In this document: positions 36,631 through 46,311 of the stretch, one piece after another
Numbering within the stretch: the first letter of the stretch is position 1
Layout: each line of letters starts with the position of its first letter
From: an uncultured Acidobacteriota bacterium
GTDB lineage: Bacteria; Acidobacteriota; Thermoanaerobaculia; Multivoradales; UBA5704
Assembly (NCBI GenBank): GCA_963770895.1
Contig: CAVYRF010000002.1
Coordinates: 4,320,001-4,384,000 of the forward strand
Direction of reading: 5' to 3'
Length of the DNA stretch: 64,000 nucleotides
The notes under the pieces: generated by a model
What the model saw: only the letters and a program-made list of their open reading frames with translations
Told to the model about the DNA's origin: nothing
Database searches by the model: none
Program-made: the position numbers and the translations under genes

Positions 36631-37727
36631 GCGAGCGCGAGCACGGCCTGACCAGGGAGGTGCCGTTCGACGGCGGCGCCTGGGTGTGCGACGCCGCCCA
36701 GTGGCGGGTCGAGGAGCACCTGGGGCGCCGCAGCCTCTACCTCAAGGGCGGCATCGCCACCGTCGCCGGCGAGAACTTCGTCGACGGCAGGCTGGCGGTG
36801 GACGTGGCGTTCGGCGGCGAGCGCGCATTCATCGGCGCCGTCTGGCGCGTCCAGGACGCCGGCAACTACGAGGAGTTCTACCTGCGTCCGCACCAGTCGG
36901 GGAACCCGGACGCCACCCAGTACACGCCGGTGTTCAACGGCGTCTCGGGTTGGCAGCTCTACCACGGCGAGCGCTACGCGGTGCGCGCCGTCCATCCGCG
37001 CGATGCCTGGGTGCGCCTGGAAGTGGTCTTCGCCGGGGCGCGGGCCGAGATCTACCTGGGCGGCGCCGCCCAGCCGGTCCTGGTCGTCGACGACCTCAAG
37101 CGCGAGGTCGCGCCGGGCGGCGTCGGGGTCAGCGCGCTGGATTTCGCTCCCGCGCACTTCTCGAACTTCTCCTTCGCCGCGGCGCCGGCAGCCCCGCCGG
37201 CCCCGCCGGACGCTCGGGAAGGTCCCGCCGCCGCCGGCTCCGCGCCGGCGCCTGGCACCGCCACCGTCCGCCGGTGGTGGGTCTCCGAGGCATTTCGCGA
37301 AAGCTCGCTGGGCGACACGCTCGAGCTTGCCGAAAGCGACCTGGCGGCGCGCACCTGGCAGCCCCTGGTGGCCGAGCCGGGGGGACTTGCCAACCTCGCC
37401 CGCGTGCAGGGGATCGTGCTGGGCAAGGACACCGTGCTGGCGCGCGCCGTGGTGACCGCGCCGCGCGACGGCGTGTGGCGGCTCGACTTCGGCTTCAGCG
37501 ACCGCGTGCGGCTGTTTCTGAACCGCCGCCTGCTCTATCGCGGCGACGACGGCCAGGGCTCGCGCGACTACAGATTTCTCGGCAGCATCGGCTTTTACGA
37601 TTCTTTGTATCTGCCGCTTGTTTGCGGCCGCAACGAAATCGTGATGGCGGTGTCAGAAGACAACCGCGGCGGCTGGGGCGTGCAGGCCCGGTTTGCCGAT
37701 GCCGCGGCACTTGCGTTGGAAGAGTGA
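36627..37727 (+). CDS. Hypothetical protein (366 aa), probably two beta-sandwich domains (ConA/LamG-like plus a C-terminal carbohydrate-binding-like domain)
   Basis: ATG at 36627 overlaps the NRPS stop (ATGA). Aromatic-rich, non-random sequence (NYEEFYLRPHQSGNPDATQYTPVFNG; FGFSDRVRLFLN). The fold call is tentative. Confidence 0.7.
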   Translation: MSEREHGLTREVPFDGGAWVCDAAQWRVEEHLGRRSLYLKGGIATVAGENFVDGRLAVDVAFGGERAFIGAVWRVQDAGNYEEFYLRPHQSGNPDATQYTPVFNGVSGWQLYHGERYAVRAVHPRDAWVRLEVVFAGARAEIYLGGAAQPVLVVDDLKREVAPGGVGVSALDFAPAHFSNFSFAAAPAAPPAPPDAREGPAAAGSAPAPGTATVRRWWVSEAFRESSLGDTLELAESDLAARTWQPLVAEPGGLANLARVQGIVLGKDTVLARAVVTAPRDGVWRLDFGFSDRVRLFLNRRLLYRGDDGQGSRDYRFLGSIGFYDSLYLPLVCGRNEIVMAVSEDNRGGWGVQARFADAAALALEE

Positions 37728-37751
37728 ACAGACAGGAGAGGAAAAACCGTC

Positions 37752-39137
37752 ATGCTTGAGATCATTCAGGAACCATTGCCGGGCGCGCCAGGGGTGACGG
37801 AGTTGCCGGAGCCTGTTGCCGCAGGGGCGCACGCGGCGGAGGCGCCGGCGCCTCCGGAGCTGTCCCGCAAAGGGGTCATCATCAACTATCCGATGTTCCG
37901 CTTCTGGCACAAGGAGGCGGTGGCGGAAGGCCAGCGGCAGCAGCCGCTCAATGTTTACATCCACATGCCGTACTGTATTCAACGCTGCGCCTATTGTTAC
38001 TTCAAGACCACCACCTTGAAGGAAAACCGCCTGGCCGACATCGATCAGTACGTGCGCTCAGTCTGCGCCGAGATGGCGCTGGGCTCGCGCCACTTCGCTC
38101 TCGGGCAGCGGCCGGTGGAAACGGTCTATTTCGGCGGCGGCACGCCGACGCTGATGTCGGAAGAGAACATCGACCTGCTGTTCGCGGCGTTGCGCGAGAA
38201 CTTCACGCTGGCCGACCCGCAGATCACCTTCGAAGGCGAGCCGGTGACGCTGACCGAGCGCAAGGCGGCGCTGCTGGCGCGGCACAAGGTCAACCGCATC
38301 AGCCTGGGCATCCAGTCGTTCAAGGAGGAGATCGTCTTCCAGACCGGCCGCCGCGACACCGAGGAGCAGACCTTCCGCGCCATCGAGCTGGCCAAGGCGA
38401 CCGGCGCCGAGGTGAACGTCGACCTGATCAGCGGCCTGGCCGGCGAGACGCTCGACACCTGGGCCTATTCGGTGCGGCGGGCGATCGAGGCCGACGTGCA
38501 CAACATCACCATTTACAAGCTGGAGCTTTACGCTAATACACCGTATTACACGGCGGAGAAGCACCAGGAGATCGCGCTGCCCGACGAGACGCGGGAGCTG
38601 GCGTTCATCGAGTACGCCGTCGCCGAGCTCAAGCGTCACAATTATCTCCCCGTCAATACCTTCACCTTCACCAAGGGCGGCGCCCACGACCAGCTCAACA
38701 CGCGCAAGCGCTGGCAGGGGGCCGACAGCTACGCCTGCGGCGTTTCTGCCTACGGTTCGCTGGGCGACTGGCAGTTTCAGAACACCAACGAAATTCCGGC
38801 CTATACCGCGGCGATCGCGCGCAACGAGCTGCCCACCGTCCGCGCCTACCGCAACACCAGCTTCGATCGCATCGTGCGCGAAGCGGTGATGGGGATCAAG
38901 CTGGTGGCGATCGATCACCACCACTTCCGCGACAAGCACGGCCTGGACCTGCTGCAGGTCTGCGCCGCCGACCTGGCGCGGCTGGCGAGCGACGGGTTCC
39001 TGGTCGTCGACGAGCGGGAGATCCGCCTGACCGACCGCGGCATCATCTATGGCGACTACGTGAGCCGGGTTCTGGAAAGCTCGCTCAAAAAGCTCACCGG
39101 CGGCCACGCCGCCAGCCGCACGCGGGTGCATCGCTGA
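37752..39137 (+). CDS. HemN-like (class C) radical SAM protein
   Basis: YIHMPYCIQRCAYCYF (CxxxCxxC), YFGGGTPT, NRISLGIQSF, DLISGL and a HemN-like C-terminus (IRLTDRG); RBS AGGAG upstream. Confidence 0.9.
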   Translation: MLEIIQEPLPGAPGVTELPEPVAAGAHAAEAPAPPELSRKGVIINYPMFRFWHKEAVAEGQRQQPLNVYIHMPYCIQRCAYCYFKTTTLKENRLADIDQYVRSVCAEMALGSRHFALGQRPVETVYFGGGTPTLMSEENIDLLFAALRENFTLADPQITFEGEPVTLTERKAALLARHKVNRISLGIQSFKEEIVFQTGRRDTEEQTFRAIELAKATGAEVNVDLISGLAGETLDTWAYSVRRAIEADVHNITIYKLELYANTPYYTAEKHQEIALPDETRELAFIEYAVAELKRHNYLPVNTFTFTKGGAHDQLNTRKRWQGADSYACGVSAYGSLGDWQFQNTNEIPAYTAAIARNELPTVRAYRNTSFDRIVREAVMGIKLVAIDHHHFRDKHGLDLLQVCAADLARLASDGFLVVDEREIRLTDRGIIYGDYVSRVLESSLKKLTGGHAASRTRVHR

Positions 39138-39183
39138 GCGGCGGGCGGCCAGGTCCACGATCGCGCAATGGAAAGGATTGGCA

Positions 39184-39468
39184 ATGACATCGGATGAAGT
39201 GCTGGAAGGGTTGAAGCGCATCATTGTCGACGACCTGGACGTCGACGTCGAGTACCAGGACCTGTCGCCGGACGTGCCGCTGTTCGAGGGCGGACTGGGC
39301 CTCGATTCGGTGGTGCTGGTCGAGCTCATCAGCTGCATCGAGAAACGTTTCGACGTCATGGTGTCGGACGACCTGCTCACCGTCGAAACGTTCAAGGACC
39401 TGCAGTCGGTGGCGCAGGTGATCGGCACGCTGCTCGCCGCGGTCGAGCTGCCGGCGGGGCGTGGGTGA
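39184..39468 (+). CDS. Free-standing acyl/peptidyl carrier protein 1
   Basis: Small acidic protein with LFEGGLGLDSVVLVEL; ATG follows GAAAGGA. Confidence 0.9.
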   Translation: MTSDEVLEGLKRIIVDDLDVDVEYQDLSPDVPLFEGGLGLDSVVLVELISCIEKRFDVMVSDDLLTVETFKDLQSVAQVIGTLLAAVELPAGRG

Positions 39469-41108
39469 GCGATAGCCGGGCCGTGCCGGCCCCGCCCGCT
39501 CTGACCGCCAAGCCGGCGGCAGCGCCGCGCAAGCCCGACTTCTTCATCGTCGGCGCTCCGCGCTGCGGCACCACCACGCTGTACGCTGCGCTGCGCCAGC
39601 ACCCGCAGATCTTCGCCTCGGTGCACAAGGAGCCGCACTTTTTCGGCAGCGACCTGACGCCGCTGCCGGGCGCCATCCGCGACGAGGCGTCGTATCTCGC
39701 CCTGTTCGCCGGCGCCGGCGACCGCCCTCGCGCCGGCGAGAGCTCGGTGCACTACCTGTCGTCGCGGCGGGCGCCGTTCGAGATCCGGGCCTACGCGCCG
39801 GCGGCGCGCATCCTCATCCTGCTGCGCGAGCCGGTGAGCATGGCGCACTCCCTCTACGCGCTCTTTACCCGCACCGGCAACGAGGAGCTGCCGACCTTCG
39901 AGGCGGCGCTCGCGGTGGAGGAGGAGCGCCGCGCCGGGCGCCGCATCCCGCCGGGCGCCTATTTCCCGGAGGGCCTGCTGTACACCGACGGCGCGCGCTA
40001 CGCGGCGAAGGTCGAGCGCTGGCTGGAGGTGTTCGGCCGCGAGCAGGTGCACTGCATCCTGTTCGACGACCTGGTGCGCGACACCGCGGCGGTCTATCGC
40101 CGGGCGCTGGCGTTCCTCGGCGTCGATGCCGGCTTCACCGCCGAGCTCGAGCCGCGGCGGGCCGCCGAGCTCGCCCGCGTGCAGACGATCCGGCAGCTGC
40201 GCCACCTGCCGCCCGAGGTGCGGCAGCGCATGCAGTTCGACCAGATGAAACTTCACCAGGGGCCGCCCCGCCCGGAGGTCGACCCGGCGCTGGCCGGGCG
40301 GCTGCGCGCGCTGTTCGCCGCCGACGTGGCGCGCCTGGGGCAGCTGCTGGACCGCGACCTCTCGGCGTGGAGCCGCGGCGAGGCGGTGCCGGCGGTGGCG
40401 GCGACTCCGGCGCCGGCCGCCGCGGACAGCAGGGCCGAGATCTTCGCCTGCCTGCGGGCGCTGCGCCAGATCCCGCCCGAGCTGCGCGCGCGGCAGGACC
40501 GGGTGGAGCCGATGGAGCGCAAGTTCGCGCGCTGGCAGCGGCTGCGGCTGCCCGATCTGCCGCTCGAGCAGCGCGCCTGGGATCCGCAGTGGGCCAGCTG
40601 GTTTGCCGGCGAGCAGGAGCGGATCGCCGCGGCGCTCGCGCCGCGCACGGCGCGCATCGAGCACTTCGGCAGCACCGCGGTGCCGGGCCTGGGATCGAAG
40701 AACATCATCGACATCGCGGTGGGCGTCGACGGCGCCGAAGGCGTGGACGGCGAAACCGAGGCGGTCGAAGCGGCGCTCGGGGCGATCGGCTACGTCGCCT
40801 ACGGCAACAGCCCGATCGATCCCCAGACGCGCTGGCTGTGGCGGCTGGAAGGCGACCGCGCCTTCGCTGTCCACCATTGCGATCGCCGCCGCACCTGGCT
40901 GGATGAACAGACCGACCTGCGCGACTACCTGTGCGCCTGCCCGGAGGAGCGCGAACGCTACGCCTCGTTGAAGCGTCGTCTCGCCGCCGAGAGCGGCACA
41001 AAATTTCTGCGCTACAGCGTCGGCAAGATGGCGCTGTCGCTCGAGCTGGTCGCCCGCGCGCTCAGCTGGCGGGAGGCAGGAGGCGGCCGTGCGGTGGGAA
41101 CACGGTGA
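39465..41108 (+). CDS. Sulfotransferase - GrpB-family fusion protein
   Basis: N-terminal PAPS motifs FIVGAPRCGTTTL, KEPHFF and REPVSMAHS; C-terminal IEHFGSTAVPGLGSKNIIDI...LRDYL...YASLKRRLA matches the GrpB pattern. Confidence 0.82.
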   Translation: MSDSRAVPAPPALTAKPAAAPRKPDFFIVGAPRCGTTTLYAALRQHPQIFASVHKEPHFFGSDLTPLPGAIRDEASYLALFAGAGDRPRAGESSVHYLSSRRAPFEIRAYAPAARILILLREPVSMAHSLYALFTRTGNEELPTFEAALAVEEERRAGRRIPPGAYFPEGLLYTDGARYAAKVERWLEVFGREQVHCILFDDLVRDTAAVYRRALAFLGVDAGFTAELEPRRAAELARVQTIRQLRHLPPEVRQRMQFDQMKLHQGPPRPEVDPALAGRLRALFAADVARLGQLLDRDLSAWSRGEAVPAVAATPAPAAADSRAEIFACLRALRQIPPELRARQDRVEPMERKFARWQRLRLPDLPLEQRAWDPQWASWFAGEQERIAAALAPRTARIEHFGSTAVPGLGSKNIIDIAVGVDGAEGVDGETEAVEAALGAIGYVAYGNSPIDPQTRWLWRLEGDRAFAVHHCDRRRTWLDEQTDLRDYLCACPEERERYASLKRRLAAESGTKFLRYSVGKMALSLELVARALSWREAGGGRAVGTR

Positions 41109-41806
41109 AACGAGTTGCCTTGGTGACGGGCGCGAACCGCGGCATCGGGTTCGAGACCTGCCGGCAGCTGGGCGCGGCGGGCTATTCGATCGTGCTCACC
41201 GCGCGCGATGCGGACAAGGGCAACCGGGCTTTGACGGCGCTGCGCCAGCAGGGTGTCGAGGCGCGCTTCCACGTGCTCGACGTGACCGATCCAGCGAGCG
41301 TGGCGCGGGCCGCTGCCTGCGTGAGCGGCGAGCTGGGGCGGCTGGATGCGCTGGTCAACAATGCGGCGATCGCCATCGACAGCAAGGAATCGCTGGCGCG
41401 GGTCGACCTGGAGATCCTGCGGCGGACGCTCGACACCAACCTGGTCGGTGCGCTCAGCTGCTGCCAGGCGTTTCTGCCGCTCATGCTGCAGCAGGGCTAC
41501 GGCCGCATCGTCAACGTGTCGAGCGGGCGGGCCTCGTTCACCAGGCTGGCCGCCGGCGGGCCGTGCTATCGCATTTCGAAGGCCGCGCTCAACGCCCTGA
41601 CGGTGATCCTCGCCGACGAGGTGAAGGAGAGCAACATCCTGGTCAACGCCATGACGACGGGATGGGTGCGCACCCGCATGGGCGGGCTGCTCACGGCGCC
41701 GCGCTCGCTCGCCGAAGGGGCGGACACGGCGGTCTGGCTGGCGATGCTGCCCGACGGCGGGCATCGCGGCAAGTTCTTCCGGGACCGGCAGGAGTTTCCG
41801 TGGTGA
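41105..41806 (+). CDS. Short-chain dehydrogenase/reductase (carbonyl reductase-like)
   Basis: GTG start overlaps the previous stop; VTGANRGIG, NNAAI, VNVSS, YRISK and GWVRTRMGG. Confidence 0.92.
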   Translation: MKRVALVTGANRGIGFETCRQLGAAGYSIVLTARDADKGNRALTALRQQGVEARFHVLDVTDPASVARAAACVSGELGRLDALVNNAAIAIDSKESLARVDLEILRRTLDTNLVGALSCCQAFLPLMLQQGYGRIVNVSSGRASFTRLAAGGPCYRISKAALNALTVILADEVKESNILVNAMTTGWVRTRMGGLLTAPRSLAEGADTAVWLAMLPDGGHRGKFFRDRQEFPW

Positions 41807-41843
41807 TGCGACCAACCGGCCAGCCGCGGCCGCGGACGGTGCG

Positions 41844-43313
41844 ATGAGCTCGCTGCCTGTAGCGACGCTGCCGGCGCACGGCCTGGCCAGCTTCTGGGAC
41901 GAGACGCGCCTGCGCGCCGACGAGGCCAGGTCGGCCACCGTCCGGCCCGCCGCCGAAACGGTGTCCTGGCGCATCGCGCTCGAAGACGTCCTCAAGATCG
42001 GCTATGGGATCCAGACGCAGTCGTGGGTCGTGGCGGGCGCCCGGCGGCGCATCGTGTGGCGCACCGTGCCGTCGGCCGGCGGGCTCTATCCGTTCGAGGT
42101 GATCGCCAATGTCTTCGGCGACGCCGCCTACCTCTGGGACGTGGACGCGGCGCGGTTGGTGCCGCTCGACCGCGAGCCGCTGTCGCGCGCCGACGTCGCG
42201 GCGGCCGGCATCGTCGACGATCCGGGCGCCCCCCTGGCGGCGCTGCTGATCCTGGTCGCCCGTCCCTGGCTGAGCATGGTCAAGTACCGCCGGCGCGGCT
42301 ACACCTACACGCACCTGGACGTGGGCCACGTGACCACCAACCTGGCGCTCTACACGACGGCCCTGGGCTACGCTCCGGCCGTCCACCTGCGCTTCCGCCG
42401 CGTCGCCCTGGCCGAGCGCCTGCAGCTCGCCGGGCTCTGCCGCGAGCCGCTGGCGGTGCTCTCCTTCGCCGGCGACGAAGCGGGCGTGGTCGCGCCGGTC
42501 GGGCCGGAAGCCGCGGCCGGCGCCGAGCGCCGCGGCCTGGCGCCGCCCGACCTGCCCGAGATCCTGGCCTGGGAGTCGCTGGAAGGCATCCGCTCGTTCG
42601 AGGGCGCGCCGGCGCCGCCGGCCGCGGCCGAGAGCACACCGCTGCTGGCGGAGCCGGTGGGGATCGACAACCCGGTCTCCCTGCCGCTGCCCGCCGGCAG
42701 TCCCCTGTCCTGGGCCGCGGCGCAGCTGCGCGCGGCGATCCTGCGCCGCCGTTCGGCCAAGGGCTTCCGCGGCGAATCGCTCAGCCTGACGCAGATCGGG
42801 CGGTTGCTTGCCGCCGTGCGGACCGCCGGACTGGTGACCGACTGTCCCGCCGACGAGGCCGTGCGGCTGGGCGTGCGCCTGGTGGCGACCGACGTCGAGG
42901 GTCTGGCCGGCGTCTTCGCCTACTCGCCGGAGAACCACGCCCTGCATCAGCTCGGCGGTTTGACCCACGATCCCCACACGGCCTGCATGCGGCAGGAGAT
43001 CGCCAGGAAAATGTCGGCCCTGGTGGTCCTCCACGCGCCGCTCTCCCAGCTGCTCGAACGGCGGGGGCACGCGGCCTTCGCCGAGCTGCACTTCCGCGCC
43101 GGCGAGCTCGGCCAGCACCTGCACCTGGCGGCGGCGCGGCTGGGCATCGGCATCACCTGCCTGGGCGGCTTCGACGGGCACCGCTGTGCCGCGCTCGCCT
43201 ACCTCGAGGGCGGCGAAGAGGTGGTCTACGTGCTGCTGCTCGGCGCGGCCGACGAGTCGGCGACCAAGCACGACCGGCTGAGCGTCGCCTTCAGTCACGG
43301 GTATTCGACCTAG
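41844..43313 (+). CDS. SagB/ThcOx-like FMN nitroreductase-family dehydrogenase with two tandem domains
   Basis: RTVPSAGGLYP and KYRRRGYTYTHLDVGH in the first domain; ILRRRSAKGF and AGELGQHLHLAAARLGIGITCLGGF in the second. Confidence 0.8.
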   Translation: MSSLPVATLPAHGLASFWDETRLRADEARSATVRPAAETVSWRIALEDVLKIGYGIQTQSWVVAGARRRIVWRTVPSAGGLYPFEVIANVFGDAAYLWDVDAARLVPLDREPLSRADVAAAGIVDDPGAPLAALLILVARPWLSMVKYRRRGYTYTHLDVGHVTTNLALYTTALGYAPAVHLRFRRVALAERLQLAGLCREPLAVLSFAGDEAGVVAPVGPEAAAGAERRGLAPPDLPEILAWESLEGIRSFEGAPAPPAAAESTPLLAEPVGIDNPVSLPLPAGSPLSWAAAQLRAAILRRRSAKGFRGESLSLTQIGRLLAAVRTAGLVTDCPADEAVRLGVRLVATDVEGLAGVFAYSPENHALHQLGGLTHDPHTACMRQEIARKMSALVVLHAPLSQLLERRGHAAFAELHFRAGELGQHLHLAAARLGIGITCLGGFDGHRCAALAYLEGGEEVVYVLLLGAADESATKHDRLSVAFSHGYST

Positions 43314-43348
43314 TGGCCAGCCCAGATCACTCACATCCGGGCAGCGCC

Positions 43349-44515
43349 ATGGAGAGTGCGCTGCTGGATCACCCGGCTTTCGGGCGGCATTTCACCGCCG
43401 GGCACCGCGAGCTGCGCGCCCGCGCCCGCGGCTACTTCGTGCCCGAGCGGCTGGGCGGCTGGCTGGGCGGGCCGGGCGGCCACCTGGTCAAGGCGCAGTG
43501 GGAAGCCTTCGGCCGGGAAGGCTTCCTGGGCGTGTCGCTGCCGCGCGCCGACGGCGGCCAGGGGCTGGGCCTGCTCGGCGCGCTGATCCTGTCCGAGGCG
43601 ACGGCGGCGCTCGGCGACCTGGGGATCTCCCTGGGGCTGCACTGCCAGAGCGAGATCACCGGCGCCTGGCTGGCGACGGCGCACGACCCGGCGGTGGCCG
43701 GCGCCTACCTTCCCGGCATGATCGCCGGCCGGCTGGTCGGCTGCGCCTGCGACACCGAGCCGGGCGGCGGCATGGAGGCGACGGCGGTGCGCGACGGCGA
43801 CCAGGTGGTGGTGCGCGCGCGCAAGCTGTACGTCATCAACGGCGCCAACGCCGACCTCTGCTTCGTGACCGTGCGGCTCGACGGCGAGATGGCGACGGTG
43901 CTGGTGGAAAAGGATCGTCCCGGCGTGCGGGTCGAAAAGGTTTTCGACAAGCTCGGCACCCGGTCGATCGATTCGGCCATGCTTCACTTCGACGATGTGC
44001 GCGTGCCGGCGGTCAACCTCTCGGGCAAGCGAGGCGTCCGCCAGCTGATGCAGTGGAACAAGGTGATGACGGCGGCGCGGTTCCTGATGTGCGCCGACGC
44101 CTGCCTGCTGCACCAGCAGCTGCTGGGGCGCATGCTGCGCTACGGCAGGCGGCGGAGCGTCGGCGGCCGCCCGCTGGCGGACTGGCCGCTGCAACGCCAC
44201 GCCCTGGCGCGTGCCGCCGCCGACCAGCAGCTGATGCGCGCCGGGCTGATCGACGGCTTCGAGCGGCTGGAGCAGGGGCAGAACGCGGTGGCCCAGGTGG
44301 CCGCTCTCAAGTGGTTCTGCGTCAGCCGCACCGCGGCCTTCGCCGCGCACTGCGCGGAAACGCAAGGCGGCGCCGGGTACATGTGGGACAGCGCCTTCCT
44401 GCGCGCGCAGGCGCAGATCGCCGGCCTCAAGATGGCGGGCGGCAGCCTGACCACCATGGCCGCCATCGCCGGCCAGGCCTTCGCCTACCGCGAGGAGATC
44501 GAGGCGGTGGGATGA
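43349..44515 (+). CDS. Acyl-CoA/acyl-ACP dehydrogenase
   Basis: GFLGVSLPRADGGQG, CDTEPGGG, KLYVINGANAD, KLGTRS, FDDVRVP and QGGAGYM. Confidence 0.88.
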   Translation: MESALLDHPAFGRHFTAGHRELRARARGYFVPERLGGWLGGPGGHLVKAQWEAFGREGFLGVSLPRADGGQGLGLLGALILSEATAALGDLGISLGLHCQSEITGAWLATAHDPAVAGAYLPGMIAGRLVGCACDTEPGGGMEATAVRDGDQVVVRARKLYVINGANADLCFVTVRLDGEMATVLVEKDRPGVRVEKVFDKLGTRSIDSAMLHFDDVRVPAVNLSGKRGVRQLMQWNKVMTAARFLMCADACLLHQQLLGRMLRYGRRRSVGGRPLADWPLQRHALARAAADQQLMRAGLIDGFERLEQGQNAVAQVAALKWFCVSRTAAFAAHCAETQGGAGYMWDSAFLRAQAQIAGLKMAGGSLTTMAAIAGQAFAYREEIEAVG

Positions 44516-46005
44516 GCGAAGCCCCGGCGGCCGCCTCCGCCCCCGTCACCGGCCCGGAACCCGGCGTGCTGAGCGCGGCGATGCGCGGCTGTTGCGTCCT
44601 TCATGCCGCGCGCACCGCGGTGGTGAGCCCGGCGGCGGCGCTCTCCTATGCCGAGCTGGGCGAGCGCATCGAGACGGCGGCAGGCCTGCTGGCGGCGACC
44701 CTGGGCGGTTCGTCGCACCTGGGCTTCTGCCTGGGCAACCGGCCAGAGTACGTCGTCCTCTACTTCGCCGCGCTGCGCGCCGGCCACCTGCCGCTGCTGC
44801 TCGACGCCAACTTCAACTCCGGCGAGATCGAGGCGATCCGCGCCGATTGCGGTCTGGACGCGCTGGTCGTCGAGGCGGACAAGGGGGCGCGGCTCGACGT
44901 CCCTGGCAAAGGCGAGCCGGCGCCGTTCCAAGGCGACGTCGTGCTGCTGCCTTTGGCGAGCGACGCTCCGCCGCGCTTCCGGCGCCGGCCGGCCACCGAG
45001 GTCTGCCGCTTCACCTCCGGCACCACCGGCCGGCCCAAGTGCCTGGAATTCAGCGGCCACGCGGTGGTCGCGGCGGCGCGGCACTGGGTGGCAGGCACCG
45101 GCATGGGCGCCGCGGACCGCACGCTGTGCCTGGCGGCGCTGTCCAACGGCCTGGCCTTCAACACCTCGCTGCTGGCGACCTTCCTGGCCGGCGGCGAGCT
45201 GCACTTCGCGGCCGGCCCGCCCCTGACCCGCACCGTGGCGCGCCGCATCGCCGAATCGCGGATCACCCGGCTGGTCGCCTTCCCCACCCTCTATCGCAAC
45301 TTCGTCGCCGCCGGCGGTCCCGACCCGGCAGCCATGGCCAGCCTGGAGCACGCGATCTCGGCCGGCGCGCCGCTCTGGCCCGACGTCCGCGACGAGTTCC
45401 GCACGCTGTACGGGCTCGACATCTCCGACTACTACGGCATCGCCGAGACCGGCCCCTGCACCTTCGAGCGCGACCCCGGCCACGGCAGCGGCCTGGGCGA
45501 GCCGCTGCCGGGAGCGGAGATCCGCATCGATCCCAGCGGCGAGGTGCTGGTGCGCACCGAGTCGATGACCAGCGGCTATCTGAACCATCCCGGCCTGTTC
45601 GAGAGCCGCCTGGACGCGGACGGGTTCTATCGCTCCGGCGACCGGGGGCGCCTGGTCGATGGGCGGCTCCACCTGGTCGGCCGGACGCAGGACCACATCA
45701 ACGTCGCGGGGCGCAAGATCGATCCCGCCGAAATCGTCGCGCTGGTCTCGACGCTGCCCGGGGTGGCGGACGCCGTCGCCTTCGCCGACGAGGACCTCAA
45801 CAAGGAGACCGTGGTGCACCTGGCGGTGGTCGCCACCGACCCCCAGGTGACCAAGGCCTCCGTGGCCGCGGTCTGCCGGTCGCGCCTCGCACCCTATAAG
45901 ATCCCGGGCCTGATCAGCTTCGTGCAGGAGATCCCGCGCAACGGCATCGGCAAACCGCGGATCGTCGCGCTGCGCGAGCAGCTGCGGGCGCCGGGCGCCG
46001 CCTGA
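44512..46005 (+). CDS. Stand-alone AMP-dependent ligase (class I adenylate-forming)
   Basis: FTSGTTGRPK, SAGAPL, YYGIAETG, YRSGDRG, GRTQDHINVAGRKI, YKIP and GIGK; ATGA overlap. Confidence 0.9.
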   Translation: MSEAPAAASAPVTGPEPGVLSAAMRGCCVLHAARTAVVSPAAALSYAELGERIETAAGLLAATLGGSSHLGFCLGNRPEYVVLYFAALRAGHLPLLLDANFNSGEIEAIRADCGLDALVVEADKGARLDVPGKGEPAPFQGDVVLLPLASDAPPRFRRRPATEVCRFTSGTTGRPKCLEFSGHAVVAAARHWVAGTGMGAADRTLCLAALSNGLAFNTSLLATFLAGGELHFAAGPPLTRTVARRIAESRITRLVAFPTLYRNFVAAGGPDPAAMASLEHAISAGAPLWPDVRDEFRTLYGLDISDYYGIAETGPCTFERDPGHGSGLGEPLPGAEIRIDPSGEVLVRTESMTSGYLNHPGLFESRLDADGFYRSGDRGRLVDGRLHLVGRTQDHINVAGRKIDPAEIVALVSTLPGVADAVAFADEDLNKETVVHLAVVATDPQVTKASVAAVCRSRLAPYKIPGLISFVQEIPRNGIGKPRIVALREQLRAPGAA

Positions 46006-46035
46006 GGCGGCGGCACACCAGGAAAGGACTGCCGG

Positions 46036-46311
46036 ATGAGCGACGAGGACCTCCAGGCCATCAAGCAACGGGTGCAGCGCATCGTCTTTCTGGCCGCGGG
46101 GGGGAAGATCAGCGAAGCGGACCTGGCGAAGTCCGACGCCGACCTGCGCGAGATCGGGCTCGATTCGCTCGGCTATCTCAACCTGCTCGAGGGCCTGGAG
46201 CGGACCTTCGGCGTCAGCATCGACCTGGACCAGGAGGCCAGCCATCACTTCCTGCACACCATCGACAACCTGGTGAGCTACCTGGCGGCGCGACGGGGGC
46301 CGGTGGCGTGA
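46036..46311 (+). CDS. Free-standing carrier protein 2
   Basis: LREIGLDSLGYLNLLEGLERTFGV; RBS GGAAAGGA upstream. Confidence 0.9.
   Translation: MSDEDLQAIKQRVQRIVFLAAGGKISEADLAKSDADLREIGLDSLGYLNLLEGLERTFGVSIDLDQEASHHFLHTIDNLVSYLAARRGPVA

Noticed and set aside
37752-39137. Annotation as a housekeeping hemN/hemW
   Set aside because: The context is an ACP-linked BGC with no heme genes, so a tailoring role is more plausible; no gene symbol given.
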